DNA from: Limnochordia bacterium
Lineage (GTDB): Bacteria > Bacillota > Limnochordia > DTU080
Assembly (NCBI GenBank): GCA_050951545.1
Contig: JBMNJG010000012.1
Coordinates: forward strand, 320,001-384,000
Length of the DNA: 64,000 bases
Direction: 5' to 3'
The position numbers were made by a program, and so were the translations under genes. Under the pieces are notes generated by a model, which made no database searches, was not told the DNA's origin, and saw only the letters and a list, made by a program, of their open reading frames with translations. Shown here one piece after another: positions 32,429 through 42,035 of this stretch. Within the stretch, counting starts at the first letter, position 1; every line of letters starts with the position of its first letter.

Positions 32429-33688
32429 CTATGTGTCGTGACGCCACCACTCTACGCTGGCCACAAAGCGGTCGAGAGCAGCTTCGCGGCGTTCCAGGCG
32501 CGAGCGAATCCCTTCTGTGATCTGGCGCGTTTCCTCGGAAGATAGCGTCTCCATGATGCTCTCGGCGGCCTCCAGTGCTTCGCGCCCAGCGGCGTCAGCC
32601 GAGAACAGTTCCATAAGCGCTGTCTTGAGCTTCGACCTGTCGAGCCCATGCAGCGTATGCATGGCGGCGATCTGTACGGCGCTAGCCTTGTCTTCGGTGA
32701 CCAGTCTCCGCATTTGAGAGCATAGCTCATCTGATGCTGGGGCTAAGCGTACCAGCTTCACAGCCACCTCCCTCACCAGAGGGCTTTCGTGTCGCAGGAG
32801 GCTTCGCAATGTGGCGACTAGCGGGCCGCGCTTGGCTGCGCCTATCATCTTACGTGCTTCAGAGGAGTTCTCCTCGGTCGGATCCCAACTGACAATGCCC
32901 AACTGTTCATAGGACAACAACACAGCGGCGGCTCTGGTACGTGTCTTGGCATCCACCAGAACAAGCCCTACCAGATCCGCTACCACCTCAGGCAGCAGAC
33001 GTTCTGCAGTTAGGCTAAGTGCCACATCGCGCACACGCGAGTGCTTGTCTCTAAGCCAGCTTGAGATGAGTCTTGCTGGCGCGTTGCGCCCTCCTTCGAG
33101 AAGCGCATCATAGGACTTTTTCTCTAACCTGTCCAGCTTCTCGCCCTCAGGCCTTCGGTAGAATTTGGCGAGCAGGCCTAAGAGCTGTTCATCCTCGGAT
33201 TTTCCCACCAGGTAGATCGCTAGGCATTGCAGGAGATAGTCGTCAGACCACAGGCTGCGGCGAATCGGTTCATAAAGCTCCTCTGAAGAAGCAGAAAGCG
33301 CAATACGAATAAGCTCACCAGCCAACCAGCCTTCATCCGTTAAGGCAATGACTCGAAAGAGCGCGGGCAGGGTACCTGCGGAGACCACTTGAGCTAAAAC
33401 GGCCTTGGCGTCTTCTCGAGCTTCGTAGAACATGTGACGAATATGCCGTTCCAGATCTTGGATGCTGTCATCGCGGTGTGCCCGTTGCATGTAGATGGAA
33501 TAGAAGTGGGCCTGCACTGCCTGGGGCTGCACGCTGACGACACGGAGAAAATAGCGTCCCTTACGTGGCGACAACGCAAGTTGCTCCAGGGCGGACTGAA
33601 CTTCAGGGCGCCAGACATTTTCCTCATCGCGCAGCATATCGAACAGATTCTCAACCTTGAGCCGGTACGTCTCATTATCCATCCTCAT
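32429..33688 (-). CDS. HEAT-repeat-containing hypothetical protein
   Basis: Repeats of the type L..D....VR..A (SSWLRDKHSRVRDVA, SLLRHESPLVREVA, DKASAVQIAA). Confidence 0.7.
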   Translation of the reverse strand: MRMDNETYRLKVENLFDMLRDEENVWRPEVQSALEQLALSPRKGRYFLRVVSVQPQAVQAHFYSIYMQRAHRDDSIQDLERHIRHMFYEAREDAKAVLAQVVSAGTLPALFRVIALTDEGWLAGELIRIALSASSEELYEPIRRSLWSDDYLLQCLAIYLVGKSEDEQLLGLLAKFYRRPEGEKLDRLEKKSYDALLEGGRNAPARLISSWLRDKHSRVRDVALSLTAERLLPEVVADLVGLVLVDAKTRTRAAAVLLSYEQLGIVSWDPTEENSSEARKMIGAAKRGPLVATLRSLLRHESPLVREVAVKLVRLAPASDELCSQMRRLVTEDKASAVQIAAMHTLHGLDRSKLKTALMELFSADAAGREALEAAESIMETLSSEETRQITEGIRSRLERREAALDRFVASVEWWRHDT

Positions 33689-33923
33689 GCCGACAATAAC
33701 CCCTCTTGGTTGATATTACCCCCAGTACGGTGACTTGTGCAGCTGTAGCTATCCTTGGCAACAGCGCACAAGAAAAAGGGTAGGGCAACCCCTTCTTATA
33801 CCCCAAACGGCGGGCTTGGACTGACAGGGCCATAGGCCCAAGCAATGGTGAAGCGTAATTCACCTTCATTATACCAAAAGTCTTAGCGCTGGCAAATGGG
33901 GGTAGCTCGCGATTAGGTTCGAT

Positions 33924-34550
33924 CTAGTTACCCAGGCGATAGTCCCGATAGGTTATGGTTAGGCGCGTCGCGAATGGTGAGATGCTTGCCTCTTGCTGGG
34001 CCAACACCATAAAGCCCTTCATCAGCGTGTAGGTGTGGCTCACACGTACGGTACCCCAGTTATAGCGAGCTTCGGTTCGCCTCATAAGATGCTCATGCTC
34101 ATCGATCCAGATGCGGCCTTCAATAGCGCCAGAATGAAGCTGAGGTCGACGTACTCCCCTAAGCACGAAGTACGTCTTTTCGCTCACCTGTTCCTTGCCT
34201 CCATATTCCAAACTGAACCCGGCGAGAGCCTTCTCAAAATCAGCAAGATCCGCTAGAAGATCGGGCGGAATAAACGAGGGTGCTCCTTTGGCTTGCACGA
34301 TGACCGCATTGCCGTTGCGCTCGACGGTCGCGCTAAAGCGCCACCTACCTAGGATGCCCGTGATGTCTACATCTTGTGTGAAGCTCACTCGCTTCGGTTG
34401 CAGCATCGCCCCACGCATGAGTGATAGCAGTTGCTCTGCGCTTTCTTGCTCAGCGGCTGCCGCGACAGCCCCACAGGTCATGATAAGGGCAACGATCAGT
34501 AGGGCGCAGAGCAATTGTGCGAAGCCTACGGTGCTGGGTCGCTTTGTCAA
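33924..34550 (-). CDS. exported hypothetical protein, possibly LolA-like fold
   Basis: Signal peptide ending AAAA-E; beta-rich YFVLRG..GRIWID..MRRTE pattern; TTG 34550 with GAGG RBS. Confidence 0.55.
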   Translation of the reverse strand: MTKRPSTVGFAQLLCALLIVALIMTCGAVAAAAEQESAEQLLSLMRGAMLQPKRVSFTQDVDITGILGRWRFSATVERNGNAVIVQAKGAPSFIPPDLLADLADFEKALAGFSLEYGGKEQVSEKTYFVLRGVRRPQLHSGAIEGRIWIDEHEHLMRRTEARYNWGTVRVSHTYTLMKGFMVLAQQEASISPFATRLTITYRDYRLGN

Positions 34551-34674
34551 GCTGGTCCTCGCTTTCTTGCCGCATTCCTGCGGGAATGCTATGCTAGGAG
34601 CAAGCCATGAGGAGATATTCAAATACGCTCCCGCCCAAACAAGTTCGAACACTCCCTTTAGAGAGGAAACGCCG

Positions 34675-35514
34675 ATGAACGATCAGCCCAAGGAGCGTGT
34701 GTGGACGCTCAGCGAAGAAGAGATCGCCAATCCCATTTGCCAGGGTTGTGATGAGGCACTACAGGTCGGACAGGAAGTAGCGGAATGCCCTCGATGCAAA
34801 GCGCTCCATCATCTTTCGTGCTGGATACGACGAGGGGGTTGCGCTCAACATGGCTGTCCGCAGACGGCCGATGCATCGCTGACCGAGACCGTAACTCCCA
34901 CATACGACCCCCCCGCACGGGAAACTCTGGCCTGGTTGCCAGTGGCCATCACCATCTTGCTTCTTTTGCTTGTTGTAGGTGGTGGCATCTGGGCGTTTGT
35001 TAACCAGCCGTCATCAAAAGGTCATCTCACCATCATGGTGACCACTGGACCCGATGTCGATAGTCTGCAGCACCTAGCGGCTGACTTTAGTAGCGCTCAC
35101 GAAGGTCTGGAAGTGAGTGTGCTTGTTCTCCCTGCAGACTCTACTGAGATGTACGAACAGAAGCTGATCATTATGCTTGCTGCCAAGGACCCCCCAGACA
35201 TCATCATACTTCCTTACTCGCGGTTTCTCGTGTACGCTGCCCAGGGGGCTTTAGCACCGCTTGATGCGATAAAAGAGACAGTTGCCCAGGCCGTTCCCTA
35301 CGGCAAACGCCTGGCGAATGGAGAAGCGAATGGTCAATTCTATGGCGTTCCTCACCCTTCGCGCCCAGGCATTCTTGCCGTACCCGCTTCTAGCCACAAT
35401 CTAGTGGAGGCCACGGGGCTGCTGCTTCATGTGGTCAAGGGCCTTCCGTTTACAGCGGATCTTGATGACCTTGCTGGGGGCCAGCCACTGATCGCCGAGT
35501 CCAAAGATAAGTGA
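34675..35514 (+). CDS. membrane protein: prokaryotic RING finger + TM helix + solute-binding-protein-like domain
   Basis: CQGC-x12-CPRC-x3-HHLSCW-x4-GC-x4-C; TM WLPVAITILLLLLVVGGGIWAFV; YEQKL..MLAA.DPPDII..GALAPLD..GQFYGVP; ATG 34675 with GAGG RBS. Confidence 0.8.
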   Translation: MNDQPKERVWTLSEEEIANPICQGCDEALQVGQEVAECPRCKALHHLSCWIRRGGCAQHGCPQTADASLTETVTPTYDPPARETLAWLPVAITILLLLLVVGGGIWAFVNQPSSKGHLTIMVTTGPDVDSLQHLAADFSSAHEGLEVSVLVLPADSTEMYEQKLIIMLAAKDPPDIIILPYSRFLVYAAQGALAPLDAIKETVAQAVPYGKRLANGEANGQFYGVPHPSRPGILAVPASSHNLVEATGLLLHVVKGLPFTADLDDLAGGQPLIAESKDK

Positions 35515-35589
35515 GTCTACTGACTGTCATTGGTTACGCATTCCTGTCGGATGCCTGCGCTATGCGGCTGGCATTAGCTGGGCAAGAGT

Positions 35590-35627
35590 GGTTTCGGATT
35601 AGAGCTGTCCGCCACTAATCCGAAACC
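35590..35627. terminator. 13-bp perfect inverted repeat between convergent genes
   Basis: GGTTTCGGATTAG / CTAATCCGAAACC. Confidence 0.65.
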
Positions 35628-35649
35628 GAGTGACCCAAGAGGGTTAGGG

Positions 35650-36519
35650 TTACCAGTCCAGTTCTGAAAGAACGGCCCTGATATAGCGGATATCCTGCTG
35701 GGCGTACCATTCGCGATCGCCCGCCCGAGGCGCTTCAATGCACAACGGCCCATCGTACCCGGATGCCTTGAGCAGCTGAAGAAACTCGCGGTTGTTGATC
35801 TCACCCTCGCCTAAAGCAGAGGCCAGTCGTCCGCCGCTCGGAAGGCGAACCGAGTTTTTCAGGTGGACGTAATACAGTCTGTCACCACACTCAGCTATCG
35901 AGTCTGCGACGGAACGGGTACCCTGAAAGAAGACGACGTTGCCGTGATCGAGATTGATACCTACCGCTGGGTTGTCGATCATGTCGACAAGTCTGCGAGA
36001 GGGTGCGGGTAGGTCATGCAGGTAGCCCATATGGGTCTCAAAGGCAAGGCGGAAGCCGAGTGTGCCAGCCAATTCGCCCAGGCGCTTAAACCCCTGCGCC
36101 GCCTGCTGCCAGTGCTCCTCGGTAGCCACCGCTGAACCTTGCTTATCGTATTGGGCGTAGGGCACGCTGCGATCTGGGTTGCGCAGCGATCCAGCCATTG
36201 TGTTGCACACGGTAAGCTCAAACCGCTGGGCTGCCAGAGTAAAGAAGTGCTCGTACTCTGCCAGATTAGCCTCGCGTTCGTCGGCACTGCTGACCATCAA
36301 ATCTGGCCCAGGTCCTCCAAACAGCACATAGCGGAGCCCCGATTTCCTCTGTGCAGCCGCGATGGAGTCCAGATACTCCTCCACGCTCTCCGGAACCGAA
36401 CGCCGCTGACGGCGGAACTCGATGCCGTCGAAGCCCCAGCGCACAGCTTTCGTACACATCTCTTCGATCGTTTGACCCTGTTCGCAGTAGTTCACATGCA
36501 TGATAACGGGTTGTGCCAC
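35650..36519 (-). CDS. sugar phosphate isomerase/epimerase (xylose isomerase-like TIM barrel)
   Basis: GFDGIE, AFETH, NLDHGN, VHLKN, GEGEI, YDGPLCIE; GTG 36519 with GGGAGG RBS. Confidence 0.88.
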   Translation of the reverse strand: MAQPVIMHVNYCEQGQTIEEMCTKAVRWGFDGIEFRRQRRSVPESVEEYLDSIAAAQRKSGLRYVLFGGPGPDLMVSSADEREANLAEYEHFFTLAAQRFELTVCNTMAGSLRNPDRSVPYAQYDKQGSAVATEEHWQQAAQGFKRLGELAGTLGFRLAFETHMGYLHDLPAPSRRLVDMIDNPAVGINLDHGNVVFFQGTRSVADSIAECGDRLYYVHLKNSVRLPSGGRLASALGEGEINNREFLQLLKASGYDGPLCIEAPRAGDREWYAQQDIRYIRAVLSELDW

Positions 36520-36566
36520 GGGTAAACGCCTCCCACCGGAAATCCTTTTTTGCGCTATGGATGAAG

Positions 36567-37748
36567 TCAACACTCCATGATCGCTCGGATACGGTCTCGA
36601 ATAATCCCCTCAATCGCGGGGTCAAACGGCGCTGGCAGGTTGTAGACCTTCGCCGAGGTGTCTGGCTCGTAGCCACCCTCAGCAAAGTAACGAGTCGGCG
36701 CAATATAGCCAATGAGCCCATTGCTGTAGGCGACAGGGATCAGATGACGTTGCGGTTGAAGGTTCTTGATGAACAACCCGTAGTCGCAGCACACCTCGCC
36801 ACTCATCCCGACTAGAGAGAGCTCACGTGCCAGATCGAGGCGGTACAGATGGAACGCAGAGGTGTGGCGTCCATCGGCCAATGGCAGGTCCAAGACCTCC
36901 ATGCGGTGGTGGAGATGACCTGTTAGCTCTGTGGATGAGTGCTCCAGGACGCGGTTCACTTCCGCGCCCAAGGCATTACCAAAGAGCGTCACTTCCTGCG
37001 GCAGACCAGAGCGAAACCTCCTGGCACCAATCAGAGTGCAGTTAGGACGAACATCACCACAACAGCCCGCCAAAAAACCGGCACTCACACCAGGCAACGT
37101 ATTTTCCAGCCAGCGACGGGCCGCTCCCGGGTACTCCGCCGATATGGTGTAGTCTCCTAGGACAGTAGGATGGCATGTGAAGTGGAAGAGTATGCCTAAC
37201 ACTTGGGCGGTATGAGCATCGCAGAATGAGATGACCACGACCTCATCGTCGCGTACTCCAGCGGTGTTCGGAGCCATGACGGTGGTGCTACCAGTGGACA
37301 CTCGACGGTTGATGCTGTAGCCAGTAAGCTGACCTCTTCCCAGCTTGATCGTCACCTCGCACAGCTGTTGGCGCGCTTCATCCATCGCATCGATCAGTTT
37401 TTCCTGGAGATCATAGAGATAATCGGCGTCTGGCGGGCCTCCCGCGGTCAACAGGCCGTCTGCCGTCTGCGGGCCTGAGTGTGTATGACTGGCTGCCAGG
37501 AAAACACAGTCGGGTGCCAGCCCAAGGCGCTCCAAAGCCGCGGCCTTGACCCCGTCGTTAAGAGTAGCCCCAAAACCGATGATATCAGCCGTAACGATAC
37601 AGGCATTCTTGCCGTCTTCCTCTAACCAGAAGACACGGGCTTCAAGATCGTCCCGAACCGCTTCGGAGCCATGGTTGCGAAATCCAAAACCAGCCAGAGC
37701 AATCCCAACAGGTGGAGTAATGGAAAGCCTGGCTGTGCCCAATCGCAC
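36567..37748 (-). CDS. neutral/alkaline ceramidase-like hydrolase
   Basis: ITPP.G..LAGF, ASHTHSGP, INRR, TCHPT, GCCGDVRP, EGGYE. Confidence 0.8.
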   Translation of the reverse strand: MRLGTARLSITPPVGIALAGFGFRNHGSEAVRDDLEARVFWLEEDGKNACIVTADIIGFGATLNDGVKAAALERLGLAPDCVFLAASHTHSGPQTADGLLTAGGPPDADYLYDLQEKLIDAMDEARQQLCEVTIKLGRGQLTGYSINRRVSTGSTTVMAPNTAGVRDDEVVVISFCDAHTAQVLGILFHFTCHPTVLGDYTISAEYPGAARRWLENTLPGVSAGFLAGCCGDVRPNCTLIGARRFRSGLPQEVTLFGNALGAEVNRVLEHSSTELTGHLHHRMEVLDLPLADGRHTSAFHLYRLDLARELSLVGMSGEVCCDYGLFIKNLQPQRHLIPVAYSNGLIGYIAPTRYFAEGGYEPDTSAKVYNLPAPFDPAIEGIIRDRIRAIMEC

Positions 37749-37817
37749 ATGGATCGCCTCCTACAGGTTGAGCACCGACGTAGGGTTAGTACCCCCTACG
37801 TCGGCGCAACTAGCAGA

Positions 37818-38816
37818 CTACTGAACCTCGACGCGTGTGCCAGTGACAGCCGACTCGTGAGCCGCCATGGCGATGGCGACCACGTGTCGCCCTGCATGGC
37901 TATCGGCCTCGGGTGGTGTGCCAGTGCGGATCGACTCCACGAAGGCCACCATTTCATCATGCAACCCGTTGTTGCTGTCAGTCGGTATCTGGACAAGCTG
38001 CTCTCCGTGCTTGTGCAACAGGATTGGACCAGCAGCTGAGCCGGAGGTCAGCTTAGCTGTCCCCTTCGTCCCGGTTATTCCTAGCTCATAGCTGCCGATG
38101 CGGTGGACTCGACTGGAGGCTAACGAACCTACCGCCCCAGACTCAAACTCCATGCCGATGAAGATGCCCTCCTCCACCGTATTAGCTGGATCATCACCGC
38201 ATCTCATTGTTGCCTGTACGGCACGCACATCACCGGCCAACCAGGCGAGTTGATCAAGCTCATGGCTATAGAGCGAGAAGAGCCCGCCGTATGTCTCTTT
38301 CTTCAGTTGCCACCCACCTACGCCTCCGCCAGGACCCATACCAAAGCGAATGGCATGTGTTAAGCGAATGTCACCCAACTCTCCAGCGGCGACCAGTCGC
38401 TTTAGCTCGCGAAAAGACGCCTGGTAGCGGCGAACATAACCGATCATCAGCAAAACACCCGCGCGTTTTGTGGCCTCGATCATCGCATCGCATTGGGCCA
38501 GGGTCAAGGCCATTGGTTTCTCGCAGAAAACGTGCACGCCCGCCGCAGCTGCATCAATCGTGAGTTCAGCGTGTGTGAAGTTTGGTGTCACGATAGCCAC
38601 AGCATCAAGCTTCTCTTCGGCGAACATCGTCTTGTGGCATGCATAGACACTGGGGTTGGTACCCAGCTCGGAAGCGAGGGCCTGGGCAGACTCCGCGGAA
38701 GCGTCACACAAAGCGACGAGCTCCAGGTTTGGGATAATCTTCATATTTCGTGCATGTTGCCTGCCAAGACCGCCGCAACCTATCAGCCCAATCCGTATCG
38801 CCTTCTTACTAGTCAT
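37818..38816 (-). CDS. Gfo/Idh/MocA family oxidoreductase
   Basis: IGLIGCGGLG, TPNFTH, HVFCEKPM, SHELD. Confidence 0.92.
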   Translation of the reverse strand: MTSKKAIRIGLIGCGGLGRQHARNMKIIPNLELVALCDASAESAQALASELGTNPSVYACHKTMFAEEKLDAVAIVTPNFTHAELTIDAAAAGVHVFCEKPMALTLAQCDAMIEATKRAGVLLMIGYVRRYQASFRELKRLVAAGELGDIRLTHAIRFGMGPGGGVGGWQLKKETYGGLFSLYSHELDQLAWLAGDVRAVQATMRCGDDPANTVEEGIFIGMEFESGAVGSLASSRVHRIGSYELGITGTKGTAKLTSGSAAGPILLHKHGEQLVQIPTDSNNGLHDEMVAFVESIRTGTPPEADSHAGRHVVAIAMAAHESAVTGTRVEVQ

Positions 38817-39020
38817 TCAGATCCACCGTCCCTTGCTTTATTACTGATCTTCAGTAGCGATCGTACCTATGTGGCTGAGCAACCTCGTACCTTCGTTCGC
38901 CTGTGTCAACTTTAGCAAGAAACTCAAGAAAGTGCGCACACCTACTTACGAAATACCCCGTCTATATACGGTCTTGGCTTGCCATTACCCTTCCTTGGAC
39001 GGCAAAAAGAGTCAGACATC

Positions 39021-39656
39021 TCATGACGATGCCATGCGCCGAGCAAAGACCCTAGCTGGTGCGCCGTCGCTGCCCACGAGGCAAAGGGGAGCGACCACCA
39101 AAAAGACCTCCTCTCCGGCAAACTCCTCCAGAGCCACTAGTCCTTCGACCAAGACCACACCCGAAGAAAGCAAGAGATCATGGAGGGCCAGGCAATGTGT
39201 GGCATGGATGTTTGGCGCATCTGTACCAATGAGGCGCACTCCATTGCCTCTGGCGAACCGTGCAGCATCGAGCGAAAGCCCAGGCATTTCTGTGAAGAAC
39301 TGGGGCGTCCCGAGATGCTGGTCCCACCCAGTACAAAGAAGCAGCCTTTGGCATGGAAGCGCCGCCTCGAGGTCTGCTACTGTCATCTCCTCTCCGGGAG
39401 CGCGGTGGCGGAGATCAACCACCCTTGCCGGACCGATCAGTGCCTCAAGAGGAAGCTGATCCGCGGTAAGCCCGCCTGGGACAAAGTGGCTGGGCGCATC
39501 GACGTGCGTCCCCGAGTGGCTGCCCAGATGCCACTGCGTAAGGCGGAAGCTGGCTTCGGGGTAGTCGCTGACCAATCTGCATACGATTGGGGGGTCTCCG
39601 GGAAACACGGGTGTGTCGACCGAGATGGGAAGAGTAAGATCACGCCAGTGGTGCAT
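39021..39656 (-). CDS. cyclase family metal hydrolase (KynB-like)
   Basis: PVFPGDP, HSGTHVDAPSH, IGTD, VEGL, DGAPAR. Confidence 0.9.
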   Translation of the reverse strand: MHHWRDLTLPISVDTPVFPGDPPIVCRLVSDYPEASFRLTQWHLGSHSGTHVDAPSHFVPGGLTADQLPLEALIGPARVVDLRHRAPGEEMTVADLEAALPCQRLLLCTGWDQHLGTPQFFTEMPGLSLDAARFARGNGVRLIGTDAPNIHATHCLALHDLLLSSGVVLVEGLVALEEFAGEEVFLVVAPLCLVGSDGAPARVFARRMASS

Positions 39657-39825
39657 CTGTGCATGCCGCCCCTCTTGTCGAATACTTGGGTGTCGACAGC
39701 TGATCTCCTTTTACCTGTTACTTGATTGCCGAAAAACCGGATCCCGTGCATACAGGAACCGTGGGGCTTGCAGATCTGGTAGAATGATGGAAGTGATCGA
39801 AGAACGGCGAATAGGAGCATGTCCC

Positions 39826-40419
39826 ATGGGTGTACAAGCCAGAAACGTAGACGTTGCCAAAGAGGTAGAGGGTGTATCACTGGTTGAGGTCTTCGTGACC
39901 TTCGCGCGCATTGGGGCCTTTACCTTCGGGGGAGGTCTTGCCATGCTGCCCTTGTTTGAGAGAGAAGTGATCGATAGCAAGGGCTGGATTTCGCGTGAAG
40001 AGGTCTTGGACATCTACGCCATCAGTCAGTCCATCCCTGGTGTCATTGCAGGAAACGCAGCTGCTTTCATCGGTTATCGCCTGGCTGGCATTGCGGGGGC
40101 CGTGGCCGCGCTAATGGGGGTTATGGTACCCTCCCTCATCGTGATCATAGCTATCGCTACGTATTTCACCCAGTTTCGCGAGAATTTCTATGTGGCAAAG
40201 GCTCTGCAAGGAGCCAGGGCGTCGGTCGCTGCACTGATCATCCTAGCCGCTGTCCGTATCGGTCGGGCCTCACTGAAAAACACCTTCTCAGTGGTACTCG
40301 CCACATTGGCCCTGCTGATGGCCCTGTTGACAGATGTCGACATGATCTATGTGATCCTGGCTGGCGGCCTGTTAGGAATGTTCGCTTGCAGGATAACGTC
40401 GGGAGGCGGACAGCAATGA
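39826..40419 (+). CDS. short-chain chromate transporter, subunit 1
   Basis: IGAFTFGGGLAMLP, SQSIPG; ATG 39826 with AGGAG RBS. Confidence 0.9.
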   Translation: MGVQARNVDVAKEVEGVSLVEVFVTFARIGAFTFGGGLAMLPLFEREVIDSKGWISREEVLDIYAISQSIPGVIAGNAAAFIGYRLAGIAGAVAALMGVMVPSLIVIIAIATYFTQFRENFYVAKALQGARASVAALIILAAVRIGRASLKNTFSVVLATLALLMALLTDVDMIYVILAGGLLGMFACRITSGGGQQ

Positions 40420-40964
40420 TCTATCTGCAACTGCTCTGGGTCTTCTTCCGACTCGGTCTGTTCACCGTAGGGGGCGGATACGCCATGCTGCCGCTGATCC
40501 AAGCAGAGATTGAGGGCCGTGGCTGGATTACGGCCGCCGAATTCGTCGACATGCTGGCCATCGCTGAGATGACGCCCGGCCCTGTGGGCGTCAATACTGC
40601 TACCTTCGTAGGATACCGTTTAGCGGGGGTTGCGGGCGCAGTTCTCGCCACCACTGGTATTGTCCTGCCATCATTGATCTTTGTACTACTGATCTCGAAA
40701 GCCTTGGACAAGTTTCGTGACCATCCCACGGTAGAGGCTATTCTATGCGGGATCCGACCCGTTGTAGCTGGTCTGATCGCTTCCGCGGCGGTATTCGTCA
40801 CTCAAGCGGCCATTGTCAGTGAAGGGTCCGCTCAGGGCATGCTCAGAGTGGATCCGGTGGCCATCATTCTCTGCCTCGCTAGTATCGTCGCAGTGGGCAG
40901 ATACCGGCTACATCCTATCAGTGCCATCGTGGCAGCGGGGATAGTGGGAACGCTTGTTTTCTGA
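40416..40964 (+). CDS. short-chain chromate transporter, subunit 2
   Basis: GLFTVGGGYAMLP, EMTPGPVGVNTATFVG; ATGA overlap with the upstream gene. Confidence 0.9.
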   Translation: MIYLQLLWVFFRLGLFTVGGGYAMLPLIQAEIEGRGWITAAEFVDMLAIAEMTPGPVGVNTATFVGYRLAGVAGAVLATTGIVLPSLIFVLLISKALDKFRDHPTVEAILCGIRPVVAGLIASAAVFVTQAAIVSEGSAQGMLRVDPVAIILCLASIVAVGRYRLHPISAIVAAGIVGTLVF

Positions 40965-41016
40965 CCTTCGGCGTCTGTCCTAGCCTCGCACAGCGGTACT
41001 TCATGCCGATCCACGT

Positions 41017-41045
41017 AAAGAGGGCGCTCAGCGCCCTCTTTTATT
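41017..41045 (+). terminator. intrinsic terminator after the chromate transporter pair
   Basis: AAAGAGGGCGC-TCA-GCGCCCTCTTTTATT. Confidence 0.85.
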
Positions 41046-41244
41046 GTATGCTGGGCCGTGGCCACAGGCCGCTGATGTTCGTTAGGAATCACAAAAGGCG
41101 TAGCAAATGTCACAAGGATTCCAGCCCTTTCCATTCTAGAATGAACACCGCCCCATGTATAGGACCATACTCCTACTTATGGGACCAATGTCGGGCGTGC
41201 ACGTCGATGGTGCCGCATCGAAGGACTCTCGGAGGAGTGTCAAC

Positions 41245-41943
41245 ATGCTGATACCAAAATCAGATCGAGCAAAGACGGGTATTCTTGATCAGGACGCCCT
41301 AGCTCGATATGCCTTGGAGCACCTAATAAGCCAATCATCGGATCTGCAACTGGTGGTCCAATGGAAGGGAATTCCCGCGACTTGCGAGCTGATGTCCGTG
41401 GAGATGGACGTGTTGACGGTCTCCATCGAGACAGTAGAGGCCTCAGGAGTAGCGCTTGGGCCCTCCCTTGCTCTGTTGTCTGCGCATGTTCCGGTACTGG
41501 CCACCAGCGCCTGCATGGAGCCAGCCTTGGTGGTGGATTGCTTACAGGCGGGTGCAAAGGGCTTCGTCTGGAAGGGTGTCGACACGCAAGGTCTCATGCA
41601 AGCGGTAAGGGCTGTACTGGCTGGCGACCGGCCAATCATGCCCTCTATGGCTGACCGACTGGTTTCCTATGTATTGAGTCACGACATCCGCCAGATGGAT
41701 CGCTGCTCCGAGCTGACGGGCCGAGAGAACGAGGTGCTTGGACTTATTGCCAATGGGCTGAGTAACAAGGAGATTGCGGCGACCTTGAGCCTCAGTGTAC
41801 GTACAGTGAAAGCGCATGTGAGTAACGTGCTGCGAAAACTCGACGTAGCTGATCGTACGCAAGCCGCTCTCGTAGCAGTCAGCATGGATCCGGAGAGCCG
41901 TCCCCTGCAGCGGTACTACCGTCGTGGTACCAAGGTACGATAG
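41245..41943 (+). CDS. NarL/LuxR-family response regulator with a degenerate receiver domain
   Basis: C-terminal LTGRENEVLGLIANGLSNKEIA..LSVRTVKAHVSNVLRKL; receiver AGAKGFVWK, but DVLTVS replaces DxxxxD; ATG 41245 with GGAGG RBS. Confidence 0.9.
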   Translation: MLIPKSDRAKTGILDQDALARYALEHLISQSSDLQLVVQWKGIPATCELMSVEMDVLTVSIETVEASGVALGPSLALLSAHVPVLATSACMEPALVVDCLQAGAKGFVWKGVDTQGLMQAVRAVLAGDRPIMPSMADRLVSYVLSHDIRQMDRCSELTGRENEVLGLIANGLSNKEIAATLSLSVRTVKAHVSNVLRKLDVADRTQAALVAVSMDPESRPLQRYYRRGTKVR

Positions 41944-42035
41944 CCCAGCGCCCTAAGGAACAATGGAAAGATGAAGGCGAAGGTCATAATGTAGGAGATG
42001 CCTGAATGATCTGCGGCACTGGAAGGGGTCCCGAG

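Noticed and set aside
33675-33869. 64-aa ORF as a leader peptide
   Set aside because: Its ATG overlaps the -10 box, so it would not be on that transcript, and it has no RBS
34195-34674. N-terminal 160 aa of the 439-aa ORF
   Set aside because: It is antisense to the 33924-34550 gene; the RBS-supported start is ATG 34675
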